DNA of 62,243 nucleotides, filler included, from Basidiobolus ranarum (Eukaryota): NCBI GenBank assembly GCA_040143965.1. It is 28 parts of 28 records of this genome, joined end to end, with 100 filler letters (N's around TTAATTAATTAA, not from the genome) between each part and the next. Parts side by side here need not be neighbours in the genome. Positions count along the whole stretch, not along the records: positions 49,037 to 51,155 come from JASJQH010003751.1; positions 51,256 to 53,374 come from JASJQH010003752.1; positions 53,475 to 55,592 come from JASJQH010003753.1; positions 55,693 to 57,809 come from JASJQH010003754.1; positions 57,910 to 60,026 come from JASJQH010003755.1; positions 60,127 to 62,243 come from JASJQH010003756.1; 22 more parts are not named here. One strand, 5' to 3'. Shown piece by piece: positions 49,587 to 62,243 of this stretch (position 1 is its first letter; each line of letters starts with the position of its first letter). The notes under the pieces were generated by a model. It saw only the letters and a program-made list of their open reading frames with translations, ran no database searches and was not told where the DNA came from. The position numbers and the translations under genes were made by a program.

Positions 49587-51155
49587 GTTAGCAAATAGCT
49601 TACTCTTGTGACCATTCACAATGAGAATAAGCTCTTGGATTATGGCAAATATCTGTAAAGAATTCAGCCAATATATCTGCAATTTGCAATCAGCAAATAT
49701 CCTGCCACAAGTAGATGTGTCATTGCTTGAATAGATTACCCCACGCCTAAGACAATAGTGGTGCATATCATGATCTTTCTCACCCAGGAAGTCTGTATTG
49801 CAGCTTTCCTAGTAATACTGTCAGATTACTGCGCAAACAAATAAGTCCTAATTATCAAGATATTTACACTGAGTCCATGTATTGGGTTTTGTGGCTGTTT
49901 TTATGCTCAAACAGTGCAAAAATCTATGAGCATATTACCAAGAGCCATTTGTTTGAAGGTCAATATACTGTGAAGTCTCCTTAACCCATTGTATTATATT
50001 CATCAGTAATTGTAGAGATATATTGTCAATCAGACTAGCATATGGTAACACTGACAATTTCACATGGAGCATCATTTCACCACAGGCGGGCTTCATTGAG
50101 AGCTACCAGAATATGTAGCAAGAGCCCATAATCACTAAGTATTATGATAGATGCAGCAGCAAATGTGTTGAAAACAGCATTACTGTTGTCTATCATGATT
50201 AAACCCATTATAACATTCTTCATATTTGGGTACAAAGTCTTTGTACTGTCACTGTATCTGCTTCAGCTCTACCAATGTGAGTTGTTGATGGAAGAATAAA
50301 TTAACAAGATCCACAAACAACTCCCAATATTGCCAATACTAAGCAGGCAGAAATCTTTTTGACATCCCACTTCATTAATTTACAAATCTAATAAGTCCAG
50401 TCTTTGCATTTGGATAAACAACTAGATGAGTGGATATTGATGGGAGTGTTGGTAAACTATGAGCCTATCTTGATATTTTAGCATTTTCCCAATTGATTCA
50501 AACTTTGATCCTATCTTGAATAGCTCATTTATGTGGAATTTTCCACTACAAAGCTATGTAAGTAGTATTGAAATCTTGCTGAATAGTAAATGCATAGTGC
50601 CTAATTGGAAGCTCTGGCTCCAGCTGATCCCATTTGGCAATATAATATTAGACTTATGGCTAATCCAAGGTTTGAGGTTAGACTGACTACTTGGTTAATT
50701 GATATCAGTCAGCATGTTGAAATCTGACCAGGTGCTTGATGGTAGATTCATGGAATTTAGTGTGAATTTGGATAATAGTAATACATGTGCCTAACTGCAT
50801 TGATTTGACAAAACGTACAGCAAGATAGTGGATTGTGCCCTCAAAAACCTCCAAGTTCACTGATGGCAGGAGTGTTAGCATTACCCATAATGATATTAAC
50901 TTTAAAAAAATATTCACCCATCTGAACCTCATTAGATAACCATTCAAATTCTGCAATAAGAGTGTGGATTCATCCAGTTTAGCTTATATGGAAGTCATGT
51001 TCTTTGGAATATTCCTTGAAACCTAACCCTAACAAATAAAAACAATTTGATCCGGATTGGATCCACCCTCCAAAATAGCAAAACCATCAGAGAACTGTCA
51101 CAATATCACTGGCTTGCATTCTGCCAGGGATTTTGATGGTGTGACGGCGGTTTCT
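49587..51155 (-). mobile_element. Older CACTA-type transposase relic (49587-50960) and a right terminus starting at 51027
   Basis: Homologous to the other transposase copies. CCCTAACAAAT at 51027. Confidence 0.82.
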
Positions 51156-51255
51156 NNNNNNNNNNNNNNNNNNNNNNNNNNNNNNNNNNNNNNNNNNNNT
51201 TAATTAATTAANNNNNNNNNNNNNNNNNNNNNNNNNNNNNNNNNNNNNNNNNNNN

Positions 51256-52576
51256 AATTACTCCCTAGAAAATGAAACGGAGGGTATCTCCTTAGAAATC
51301 GATGGATACAATGATAAGATCGGGATTTTACTGGAAGCGATCGTTCAGAGAATGAAGGCCTTTGAAATCAAGGAAGAGAGATTCGAAATAGTGAGAGAAG
51401 AAGTTCGACGTGGGTTTAAGAATTTCCAACTTGAAGCGCCACACCAACACGCTATGTATTATTTGTCATATGTTATTCAAGATCGTCTTTGGACTCATGA
51501 AGAGAAATTGGAGGAATTGGAAGAACTGACTTTCGAGGATGTGAAAAATTTTGTACCCCAACTGCTTCGCCATTTACATATTGAATCACTAATCCATGGA
51601 AACATAAGCCAAGATCAAGCTAAACAGCTGGCACAAAGTGTAGAGGCTATTTTGAAGCCAAAACCTCTGTTGCAGTCACAACTCATCTCTTCTCGAGAAT
51701 CAGTGATAATTGATGGGGCCAACTATGTCCATCAACGAAGTGTACCCAACAAAGCCAACGTAAACTCAGCTATCGAGTACTACTGCCAGGTTTGTGAAAC
51801 GAATCTATACACATTTTTGAGCTAGTAAGTTGAGACAATTCATTTTTAGGTTGGAAGCACCAAGGACACATCTCTCAGAGCTCGCCTCAATCTCCTTGCC
51901 AAGATCACCCAAGAGCCCTGCTTTGATCAGCTTCGTACTAAAGAACAATTAGGATATTTAGTATTTAGTGGAATGAGAAATCATACAACCACCATGGGAT
52001 TGCGTATTATCCTACAAAGCGAGAAAGAGCCCATTTACTTGGAAAACAGAATCGAAGTATTCCTCGAAAAACTTCAAACCATCATTGAAAATATGGCCGA
52101 ACCAGAATATCAAAAGCATGTGGATTCATTAATTGCCAAGAAGTTGGCCAAGAATAAGAACTTATGGCAAGAAAGTCATCGCTATTGGGCTCATATTCAC
52201 TCGGGCTTTTATGAGTTTGGCCAGAGTAAGTGATGTTCGCACATATCATATCTCAATAACATTTATTGATCCTATTTCTCTCACCATAGTTGATACCGAC
52301 GTTCAGAATCTGCGAAACATCCCGAAAAGTGATCTATTGAAGTTCTATAACGAATACGTCCATCCAACCTCCATACACCGCAAGAAAGTCTCCATTCATT
52401 TGAAAGCTGAGAAGACTCCCACCGATGCTGCAAACACTGATTTGAATCAAGATGGACGGGACCATTCCAAGTTGGCGGATAACAACGAAATAGTCAGTGA
52501 TCTTGTGCTGTTTAAGTCATCCCTGCCTCTGTCCAAGGCAGCCGTCCCCATGTGTGAGCTACCAACTCTCGAGTGA
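51256..52576 (+). CDS. Insulysin/STE23-like M16A metallopeptidase, C-terminal part; exons 51256-51789, 51850-52225, 52290-52576
   Basis: GYNDK, HIESLIHGN, NSAIEYY and EPCFDQLRTKEQLGYLVFSG. Two GT-AG introns restore the reading frame. Confidence 0.93.
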
Positions 52577-52798
52577 GCTCTTCATGAGCGGGACTAGGAG
52601 AGGGTAGCTTTACTGGTTTTCATTACTTCTCATTAAATTTGTTCTTTATTTATTTGTTCGTCCAATAAACTGTATGAGCCAGTGAAGAGTTCTGCGTTTA
52701 TTACTTTATTACATTCAGCGAACACGCTGATTTACTTGCTTACTTCTGATATTAGCGAATTGACTCGTGTCCAAGACCATAATTATTATGCGACACAC

Positions 52799-53374
52799 TC
52801 ATCCACTCTTACTGTCTGTGTTGGGTGCAACGCCTGCTAGAAAGAAATGTTTCGGCGCCGACTTCAAGTCCTCAACAGAAACTTGTGACTCGTTGACTCT
52901 GGACCTATGTACGCAAATGTTCGTTAGTGAAGTATACACGGCAACAGATCAAGTACATCATTAACCTTAAAAGAGGGCCCTCGGATATTGTCCTCTTCGC
53001 TCTTTGAAGTCGCTGACGCACATGACGTCTCTCTCTAGTCACGCGTCTGTCAGGAGAGCTTTGATGGTGCTCTGGATTAGATTCCTGCTCACTGATGGTT
53101 CTTATAAAATCCATGATGCAATTGTACACAGAGCTATTAAAACGAATATCAATAAACCTGGTTCGAACGTATTTTCTCATCGATACCAAATCCAACTTCA
53201 ACTGATCACTCGAACGTTCAGGAAATTTGCCCACAATATATGCAAACATCACGAACTCAACTGGTGCCATTCTGGCTGGATTATGAAATATTTCCGGATT
53301 ATTCTGGATCAGAGAGGAGTATATTTCGAAAGTGGAAATCCCCCTCTGACGCAATTCTACATCCACGTCGCAGG
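52799..53374 (-). CDS. C-terminal part of a fungal protein, possibly of the DUF262-containing family; exons 53374-52966 and 52904-52799
   Basis: APVEFV...MRKYVR..F.DIR.N..V pattern recalled from fungal DUF262 proteins. A 61-nt intron (GTTAAT...CTAAC...TAG) is predicted. The gene is convergent with the peptidase. Confidence 0.5.
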
Positions 53375-53474
53375 NNNNNNNNNNNNNNNNNNNNNNNNNN
53401 NNNNNNNNNNNNNNNNNNTTAATTAATTAANNNNNNNNNNNNNNNNNNNNNNNNNNNNNNNNNNNNNNNNNNNN

Positions 53475-54830
53475 ATCAAAGCCCACCATTGTATTAACAT
53501 TGCTGAATCAACATTCTTCCAGCTATCTGGCAGATACCCTGCAATATTGTGCCACTCTGTATTATGTTCTTCCCAGATATCTGCATGGTCAACACCGGAC
53601 TGAGTAACAAGTTGAATGTACTTCTTCTGATGCCACATTGGGCATACTTAAATTGTGCTTTTCCCTTCATGCTTTGGAAATGACATCCTTGTAGTGTGAA
53701 ACCACTGAGGGTGCTTTGTGCTTGCCTTCAAGTTTAAAGCTAATATCAACACTTTGAAAAGTACAAGTTGAGGTTGGAAAGCAGTCAGTTTGTTTTGCTG
53801 GTGTTTTGGCTTGTTGAGAGATGCCAGGTGATGGTTAAACTTCTGAACTTAGCACCCTTCCAATTGGTTTTCCTGGTTCTATGGTGAAATTAAGCTTTTT
53901 GGCCAGTATATCTGACTCTGGAAATACAGATTTTCATAATGGTGCCAAGAATTTGGTAAGTGGGAGAGTAGTGCCTAAACTCACTGGCTCCTTTGCTTTT
54001 CCCTTGGGTTTACTAACTTCCAGCTCTAGAGTACTAGCTTGGCTGCTTTTCTTTTGTTTACAAGTCAATACTTGTGTATATTTTTGAAATGTTTCATGAA
54101 TAGGCCTGAACTTGACCAATTACCATTTGCTTGCAAAAATCCAGGATAAGCCACATGAAATAAGTCAAAAACCTTCTGTGTAATGCCAGGTTTTTGGTTT
54201 TTCCATGATTCGCTCAAATCTAGGTAATTTGGGGTAAGATTCCACACAGGTTCCAAAATGTCAAGCTACTCTTCATCAGAGCAAGTGACAGCAGCTCTCC
54301 CATTCAGATTCATTTGGTTTGCCAGTTTTCCTATCAGATTTCTACTTTCATGTGCCCAAGCAATTATGGGTTATTGTGCAGGCTTGATGGTCCAACACCT
54401 ATTTAACTCTGCAAGATTGTCATGGTGACAAGTATATGTATGGTGTGGGATTGATTAAAATGACTTATGAGAATGGACAGAGGGAGCAGCATGTAGATGT
54501 AGCTTAAGCACAGTATTCTGAAGGTCTTGTATCAATGTTGAGTCAATCTCTAACTGTAGACCAGTTGCTGCTAATTGTAGGATTAATTGTATTATTGTGG
54601 CAATATTGCCTGTCATGGCCTGTATAGCAACTTTATAGTTTTTACTTATGATTGCATACAAATCATTATGGTGTTCTGCCTGCAATTCCCACATTGTTAT
54701 GAATCTATCCAATCTTGCAACAGAGGGTTGTTCAGTAGTTGGAAAAGTAGCCATTTTGGAAGTAATGGTCTTGATGATGTATTTGTTGAACTTTGCTCAA
54801 CTATTAATTTACTACATAATTGGGGGATGG
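53475..54830 (-). mobile_element. CACTA-type ORF2 relic
   Basis: Colinear with 4473-5710. Confidence 0.8.
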
Positions 54831-54939
54831 TCTAAACTGAGTACAACTGTGCTCTTACCAACTGCACCTAGGCCATAGCAAACACCTAAGTAGACTTTTC
54901 TTATTTAGATGAGTCTTAAGCTAGAAAACTAATCTTACT

Positions 54940-55500
54940 TGTTGGATATATGCTGGGAAGCTCCTGAATCAATGTATTACATTTCTGAGTCTTCTTTGGT
55001 GGCTACTGATAGGGCAGACACAAATAGATGATCCCTATCAGTTCTTACCTGATCTGCTTGTTCCAATTCTAGCACCATGGCAAAATTTCTTTTTCTGCAA
55101 TCTTTGAGTAAATAGTTTAGTTTTTTGCAATACTTGCAGAGTGATGATTTCCTATCAGGGGCACCATTGTTAAAGCCTATTGGATGTTTTACAGCTCCAA
55201 GAAGTACCTGATCAGCATCATTTTCCTCAGAATGAGATCTCCTTAATTCCTCATTCACAAGCCTAGCACCAATATGTTGCATTGTTATTTGCTCCGATCT
55301 GTATTTTAGGGCAATTATGAGTTTCCCAAACTTGTCTGGCAGGCTCCCTAGTAGTGTCTTAACTAAGTCATCTTCATTTATGTTGAAATTAGGTAAATAG
55401 CAACTCATTATTTAGTAGTTAGTTTATTCATATTCTGATTATTCAGTACTCAAATCTGTCATTAAAAAATGTGTGTTTATGGCTCTAATTGATAGAAATA
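54940..55500 (-). mobile_element. Copia gag-protease relic (further family)
   Basis: TLLGSLPDKF, CKYCKKLNYLLKDC, then IDSGASQHI. Confidence 0.85.
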
Positions 55501-55868
55501 TCAATTAGATCACTTTTACCAATTTTCACTATTTTCTCAAAACTTCTCCAAATCACCTCAAATTTTCACCCAAGCTTAACAGGCATGTTTGTNNNNNNNN
55601 NNNNNNNNNNNNNNNNNNNNNNNNNNNNNNNNNNNNTTAATTAATTAANNNNNNNNNNNNNNNNNNNNNNNNNNNNNNNNNNNNNNNNNNNNCTGTCTGA
55701 GTGTGACTTCTTGTCTTCACATGAAATTCATTTACAATTATTTCGTCATTACTCCCCTCTTTTTTGGTTCCTGCCACTAGTATATATTTCCACTGGAGCC
55801 CCATTGAATTGTAGTCAACAAATAGCCCTAAGCCACTCTAATTTATATCTACTCATCCCTCTGCACCA

Positions 55869-56711
55869 ATGGACATATCTGAAAATCAAGGTAGAAGCAC
55901 CACCCCTTTGACTCTCGTTGAAGGATATTCACACTGTCTAAATGTAGGTTACGATTCACCTGAATCTCTTAAAAAAGATCAACGGCCTTCTGCGCTACAC
56001 AAGCATGTAGAGTTCTTTGACCAGGACGGCGATGGTGTTATAGCTCCATGGGACACTTTCTTTGGTACAGTGCATTTCAATTGATTACCTTTTTCGACTT
56101 GTCGTTAACATAATCGTAGCCATCAAATCTTTAGGCTCAAATATCATTGTAACAGTTATAGCTACCATTGTGTTGCATGTGCTATTCAGCTGGGTTACCC
56201 AAGATGGTTGGCTCCCTAGTCCCTTCTTTTACATCCACGTAAAAAACATACGAAGAGGGAAATACGGCTCTGATTCGGGGGTTTATGACGAAGAAGGGCG
56301 CCTCGCCAAGAATAAATTCGAGGAAATATTTCAAAAATTTGACACCGAAAAGAAAGGTGCACTTACACTTACCCAGTGCTACCACTGGACCGAATCCTCT
56401 CGTCGTATGCTCGACCCCATTGGATGGTAAGCACTTGTAACGTAACAAAAATCAGTTGGAGAAATAGAAGTAACAGAGTTTTTGAAAATACTAGGATTAT
56501 TGCTAAGATTAAGTTTGGATTGCTATGGTTGATTGCTTCACGCAATGGCCTTGTCACTCGAGAAACTTTAGAAAGCATGTATGATGGTACATTGTTTGAG
56601 AAAATGGCTGCTGGTGACGCTAGACCTAGTTATGCTGAGATTACACGCAGCTATGGACCACAGGAGTCTCAAGTTCGTCATAGAAATGGAGTAGTTCAGA
56701 ACGATCAGTAA
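55869..56711 (+). CDS. Caleosin/peroxygenase family protein; exons 55869-56064, 56120-56426, 56495-56711
   Basis: EF-hand HVEFFDQDGDGVIAPWDT, hydrophobic hairpin with LPSPFF, GSDSGVYDEEGR, DPIGW and MYDGTLFE. Two GT-AG introns are in frame. Confidence 0.93.
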
Positions 56712-57132
56712 ATCAACAAGTGTTATTCGTATCATACTAACTCATGTACCCTCTATATGTATCATTTATCTGACATCTCGTCATCCATACACTTTCATAA
56801 TATCTGAAATAAACCGTATTCAACCCGCTTATTTCTTAATGTTATTGATTGATTCGAATATTCAATCAATGTATATATCAGATTAAGTAGTAGTCACAAG
56901 ACTGCAAAATCCTCTTATCCGTTCCATGATATTGGTGGCGTGATTTTTATAGGAAAGATTTGAGAAATTCTACTAGTTCCTTCACTTTGTCAATATTACC
57001 CATAATTAAGATCGAGAATACTATCATTAATTTTCATGATATCATAGACCTCTATCTATAAACTTGCATGTACATCTTTAACTCACCTTAGTATTGCTTC
57101 CTCCTCAACTTACCAGAACATAATAAAAAATC

Positions 57133-57801
57133 ATGTCAGACGGTTCGGAACTTTTTGATTCTTACGAGCAGGAATATTCTGTCTTGAGAGAGAGTCTCTC
57201 AAAAAAACTTAATTCACAGATCCCCACTCTTACAGGAGGTATTTCTCCATTTGTTTGAAAGAGACTTTTTTTGTTTGTTCCAATGCTAAGCAGTCTTCTG
57301 TCTATATTTTCCATTTAACAGAGGAAAGAAAGGCCGTAAGCAGAGCTGCCGAACGTGAGTTGGAAGAAGCAGATGAGATTGTAAGAAACCCTCGGCCTAT
57401 TTAACCGAATCTAGTTATTTCATGCTTACATATATTCACTTTTTAGGTAGAACAGATGGAGATGGAGCTCTACAATCTTCCACAATCTTCACGTACGCGC
57501 TTACAAGCCAACTTACGTACGTATAAAGCCGAGATGAATCAGTTTAAAAAAGATTTGGTAAGAAGAGCGAAAGGACAAGATAGAGAAATGGTAAAATAAG
57601 AGTGATAATAATTCATTATATTACTACAGAGAAGTGCGGTCTCTAACTCTGGTGAACGGGAAGAATTACTTGGTGGACATACTGTGTTGGATTTAGACTC
57701 GACTAGTATGGACCAACGAGCTCGACTTTTATCTGGAACTGATAGATTACAGGATTCTTCACGTAAACTTCAAGATTCTCATCGTTTGGCTTTGGAAACG
57801 G
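57133..57801 (+). CDS. VTI1: Vesicle-transport Qb-SNARE Vti1, 5' part; exons 57133-57238, 57322-57380, 57447-57557, 57630-57801
   Basis: Manual splicing gives MSDGSELFDSYEQEY...ELEEADEIVEQMEME...DQRARLLSGTDRLQDSSRKLQDSHRLALET. Confidence 0.93.
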
Positions 57802-57909
57802 GTAAAGTCNNNNNNNNNNNNNNNNNNNNNNNNNNNNNNNNNNNNNNNNNNNNTTAATTAATTAANNNNNNNNNNNNNNNNNNNNNNNNNNNNNNNNNNN
57901 NNNNNNNNN

Positions 57910-58784
57910 CAATATATAACAGCCTACAGTCTTGTTCAGAGGTCACTGATAGGGCAGAAATGAATAAAACTTCCTCTCTGGTAGAAACCTGATTGACTTG
58001 TTGGAACTTCTCATTTTTGTTGTAATTTTTTGATTTGCAATCTTTTAACTGGTGTCCTGGATTGTGACAACCATAGCATAAACCTGGTTTCCTTCTTCTG
58101 TAACCTCTGTACTGGCCAAAGCTATGTATGCCAACTCCAAAAAGAGCCACTTCCTCAGATTCTGTTTTCAAATTTTTACTTCTGAGGTGTTGATCCACTA
58201 GTCCTGCCACCACAAACTCCAAAGATAACTTGTCAGATCTTGCTTCCAAAGCTGTGATCAAGTTTGAATACTGTTCTGGTCAACTACTTAGAAGAGTCAT
58301 AATGGCATCTTTTTCCTTTAGAGTTGCACCAACATTTTCCTGTTATTTTGCCAAAGATATCACATTTGCAACATGAGGAACCATGCTGTCAGAATTTTTC
58401 ATCTTTATATTGAAGAATTTTTGTATGAGAAAGAGTCTATTAGCAAGCCTCTTTGCTTCATAACACTCTTCTAATATAGTCCAAGCTTGATGGGAAGTCT
58501 TTACATATTGAATACACCCAAGTTGTTAATCCTTCAAACTTTGACAAATGACATTAAAGACCTTGTTGTCTCTGTTATTGTAAGACTCCAATAAAGAAAG
58601 GTCTGAAGGTTCCTTTTCATCTCCAGAGACTACATCCCAAAGCTCCCTGTCTTCCTGCATGATTTGCATCTTGAACTTCCAGAAATATTAGTTTTTTCCA
58701 TCAAGCTTTTCAACACTTGAGTTAACAAAAGTAGTAGTAGTGGTTTCTGTCATGCTGAAAAGATTAGAACACAGGGATCATAAT
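57910..58784 (-). mobile_element. Copia gag relic with degenerate half-tRNA PBS (further family)
   Basis: VEKLDGKN...WKFKM, TLLSSxPEQY and CYGCHNPGHQLKDC. GATTATGATCCC at 58773-58784. Confidence 0.85.
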
Positions 58785-58951
58785 CTTTACTGTTGTATCA
58801 CAAGTTCTCCAAATAATATCATATTTTTGCCCATGCTTTAAAGGGATGTTTGTTATGAATTAAATATGTCAAATAGTCCTATTTCAAAGTAAGCATCAAA
58901 CTACTTATCTTCAATTCAATTCTTCTCCAGTTTCAATACTACAAAGCAGAT

Positions 58952-59330
58952 TATTGGGAAAATATGAGCTGTATGGAGGAACTTCAGAAAAGTAGAGTTG
59001 TGAATGGCTTTTGGGTGATAATAAACTATTGTCCAGGAATAAAGCATTTATACATTATGGTTGAAATACAGAAAACTAACACTGGGGTTGAGTTTGGACC
59101 ATCTGAGGTGAAAAAATGAGCTATTTTTGGGGCAATTTGGACAAGTTTAAAATTTTCAATAAGGAATTACTAATTCTCACATTATTAACAACAATATATA
59201 ATATATGTAATGATTTGCAGTTCAGTGCTATTTGAATAAGTAATGTTAACTAATTTATATACAATATACAAAATAGGTATATGTATAAAGATAGAGATAC
59301 AAAATATGATAAAGATAATAAACTTCCACA
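58952..59330 (-). repeat. Copia B LTR
   Basis: Matches 42582-42959. Confidence 0.85.
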
Positions 59331-60006
59331 GTATTACCATATGCTAATCTGATTAACAATGTATTAGCAAAATCAGTGACAGCTATATTGAGATGGGTTA
59401 AGGAGACTCCAGAGCATATTAATCTTCCAACAAAGGGCTTGTTTCAATCTGCTCACAGGTTTTTGTATTGTTTGAGCACAACAACAGCAACAAAACCCAA
59501 TCCATGGACACAGTGTATGTACCTCTGTAATTGCAACTAATTTGTTTCTGTGATAATCTGCCATTAATTCTAGGAAAGCTGCAAGACAGACTTCTTGGCT
59601 AGATAAATCACAATATGCAGCATTATTGTTTTAGACATGGGGTAATTTATGTAAGCAATGACATATCTACTTCTGGCTGGACATTTGTTGACTCCAAGTT
59701 GGGGAAATTTTTGCTCAATTCTTTATGGAAATTTGTCAAAACCCAAGACCTTATTCTTATTGTGAATGGTAACAAGAGTCAGCTATTTGCCTAGTATTGG
59801 TGCTATTCAGAATTTCAGATGTTTAGCAATATTTCACCATTAATTTGCTGGTAAAGCCTATTCATGTTGCTGAGTTATGTCTGATCAGTCAAGTATGTGT
59901 ATAAGTAGAAGCTAAACACAACCATATGCTTGTAATTTTTGATTCTCATTATGGCTGGAATACAAAGCCTAAAATATCTAAAGAAAGACATATATCATAA
60001 TTCAAA
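59331..60006 (+). mobile_element. CACTA-type transposase 3' relic, followed by an LTR A end
   Basis: Colinear with 34195-34870. Confidence 0.8.
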
Positions 60007-60126
60007 TGTTAAAGTATTTGGGAGCCNNNNNNNNNNNNNNNNNNNNNNNNNNNNNNNNNNNNNNNNNNNNTTAATTAATTAANNNNNNNNNNNNNNNNNN
60101 NNNNNNNNNNNNNNNNNNNNNNNNNN

Positions 60127-61065
60127 AACTTGTGGGGCAGGCTATTTATGACTGTAACTATGATATCTTAATCAGTAGTAGGTACTCCAATGCATTCCTT
60201 CTCACGCACTCAAATAGTGAAACTGTTAATTAGTGATTTAATGTCTTCTCTGGTGTTCTTCTTAAAGTTAAAAAATTGTCTTCTTAGAAACATCTTGTGG
60301 GCAGCAGAACTTGTTTGGTAGGTGTCTTCAAAGGCTTTCCAAACCTCCTCAGCAGTTTAAAGCTCTTGAACATTGAATTGGCAATTTGTCTTTAACATTA
60401 AGACAAATTGTTTTAAAGGCACTTTGTTCCTTTTTAACCTGGAGTAAAACTCAAAATTCACCAACTATAATAATTCAAGATAATCAAAGTTGTATCTAAT
60501 TAGCTAAAAGTTCCATGGTTCATAATAGAAGCAAACATATGGATATTAAGCATCACTTCATTAGAGAGACTATAGACAATAAGTTTTTTGACTTAACTTA
60601 TTGTTCTACAGAAGACATGATTGCTGATATATTAACCAAATCATTAGCTAGACAGAAATTTGAGAAATTTAGACCTTTTTAGGATTGGTTTATATGACTA
60701 TTTAGTTGAGGGAGAGTGTTGAAATTAGCATTGACTAAGCACCTATATAGTCATATATAACTTAGTACTTAGTTATCTTACAATTCACTAAGATATTATC
60801 AATTATTCTCAATTGGAATTTACCTAGAATATTTTTTACCAACTTAGAAGTTCTCAGATATATAGATTTTTCAAACTTGTGCTAGAAGCCCCAAACTTTC
60901 CACACATGTTCCAGGGACCTTCCTTAACACATTCTATGCCTTGGTTTGTTTACATCTTGACACAAATATAAATGTCAACTTTCAACTAAATAAATCAATG
61001 AGTGAAAACCACCAGTTTCTCTAAGTCTCCAAACCACTTCCAATGGGCTCCCAAATACTTTAACA
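60127..61065. mobile_element. Copia A gag relic (-), RNase H (+), PPT and LTR 60717-61065
   Basis: RSKHMDIKHHFIRE, then GAGGGAGAG-TGTTGAAATTAGC...TTTAACA. Confidence 0.9.
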
Positions 61066-61290
61066 GTTACAGTCACAAAGCATTAAATTGCTTTAAAGTA
61101 GGTAAAGTTGGTAGCAGCACTAATATTGAGAGAATTGGAGGTTTGTTGGTTAGTTATACAAGCTTAGAAATAGCAATTATTGTATATGCAATACACTTCA
61201 GTTCTCTCACTGACCTAGTTAAAAAGATATGTCGGTTCCATTCTTGCCCTAACTCTTCTACATACTCTTTGATAGCAATTTTGTTGTAAT

Positions 61291-62243
61291 TGTTTAAAAT
61301 AGTATTGTCTAAGCACCTATATAGTCATATATAGCTTAGTACTTAGTTATCTTATATTTCACTAAGATAGTACCCATTATTTTCAATTGGAATTTATTTA
61401 GAATATTAACACCAACTTTGAAGTTCTCAGATATATAGAATTTTCAAACTTGTGCTAGAAGCCCCAAACTTTGCACACATGCTCCTAGGACCTTCCTTAA
61501 CACATTCTACTTGCTAGTTTGTTTACATCTTGACAATACGATGAATGTCAACTGAATACTCAATAAATCAATAAGTGAAAACCACCAATTTCTCTAATTC
61601 TCCAAACCACTTCCAACAGGCTCCCAAATACTTTAACAGGTTATGAGCCCCAAACTTGGCCCCTCTGTAATGTCTACTTCTCAAATCTATGTAACTTTTC
61701 CCTCTTCTGAAAAATTGGATGGAACAAATGATCAAGTTTGGGGAATTAAAATGAAAATGCTGCTGCAAGAAAAAGGACTTTGGGACACTGTTGTAGGAGA
61801 AGAAAACAATGCAAAACCATCTGAAACCAAAGCTTTACTACAGGTTGAAAAAGCACAAAGTGCCTTTAGCACAATTTGTCTTGATATTAAAGACAAATTG
61901 CTAATTCAATGTTCAAGAGTTAAAGCTGCCAAGAAGGTATGGAAAGCCTTGAAAGACGCCTACCAAACAAGTTCTGCTGCCAATTAGATGTTTCTAAAAA
62001 TACAATTCTTTAACTTGAAGATCAAGCCAGGGAAATATATTAAAGCACTTATTAATAGAGTTACCATTTTAGTGGATGAAATGGAATGTATAGGGGTACC
62101 TACTACTGATCAAGATATCATAGTTATAGTCCTAGATAGCCTGTAACACAGGTTTTAGAGTCAAGTAATGGCCCTAGAATAAAGAGTTGAAAATTTGACT
62201 TAACATCATGTATTTCATATGCTTCTGGATGAAGATTTATACA
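61291..62243 (+). mobile_element. Copia A 5' LTR (61291-61638), PBS (61639-61650), gag
   Basis: TTTAACA-GGTTATGAGCCC, then EKLDGTNDQVWGIKMKMLLQEKGLWD. Confidence 0.92.

Noticed and set aside
2137-60126. Regularly spaced TTAATTAATTAA motif and ORFs ending in XXX-LIN
   Set aside because: These are artificial contig linkers, not biological repeats or real C-termini.

Overview
This window is not one locus. It is 28 unrelated short contigs (about 2136 down to 2117 nt, sorted by decreasing length) joined by identical 100-nt spacers (44 N + TTAATTAATTAA + 44 N), so adjacency across spacers means nothing. The DNA is eukaryotic, with ~60-80 nt GT-AG introns and fungal-type proteins; an early-diverging fungus is my inference. 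Most contigs are nested, CpG-depleted transposon debris: at least three Ty1/Copia families with distinct LTRs, a CACTA/CMC-type DNA transposon with CCCTA...TAGGG ends and two divergent ORFs, Ty3/Gypsy pieces (one fully open pol, one chromodomain integrase relic) and a tRNA-derived element. Host genes include tandem GH20 beta-hexosaminidases, an insulysin/STE23-like M16 peptidase, a caleosin, VTI1, a subtilisin relic and several small secreted proteins. The most striking feature is a head-to-head duplicated pair of genes encoding a close homologue of the Dictyostelium Ca2+-dependent adhesion molecule DdCAD-1. The two copies differ only at synonymous sites and share a TATA box and a 5'-UTR intron. 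Two other contigs carry small proteins that look like beta/gamma-crystallins. All family assignments come from motif recognition, with no database search.
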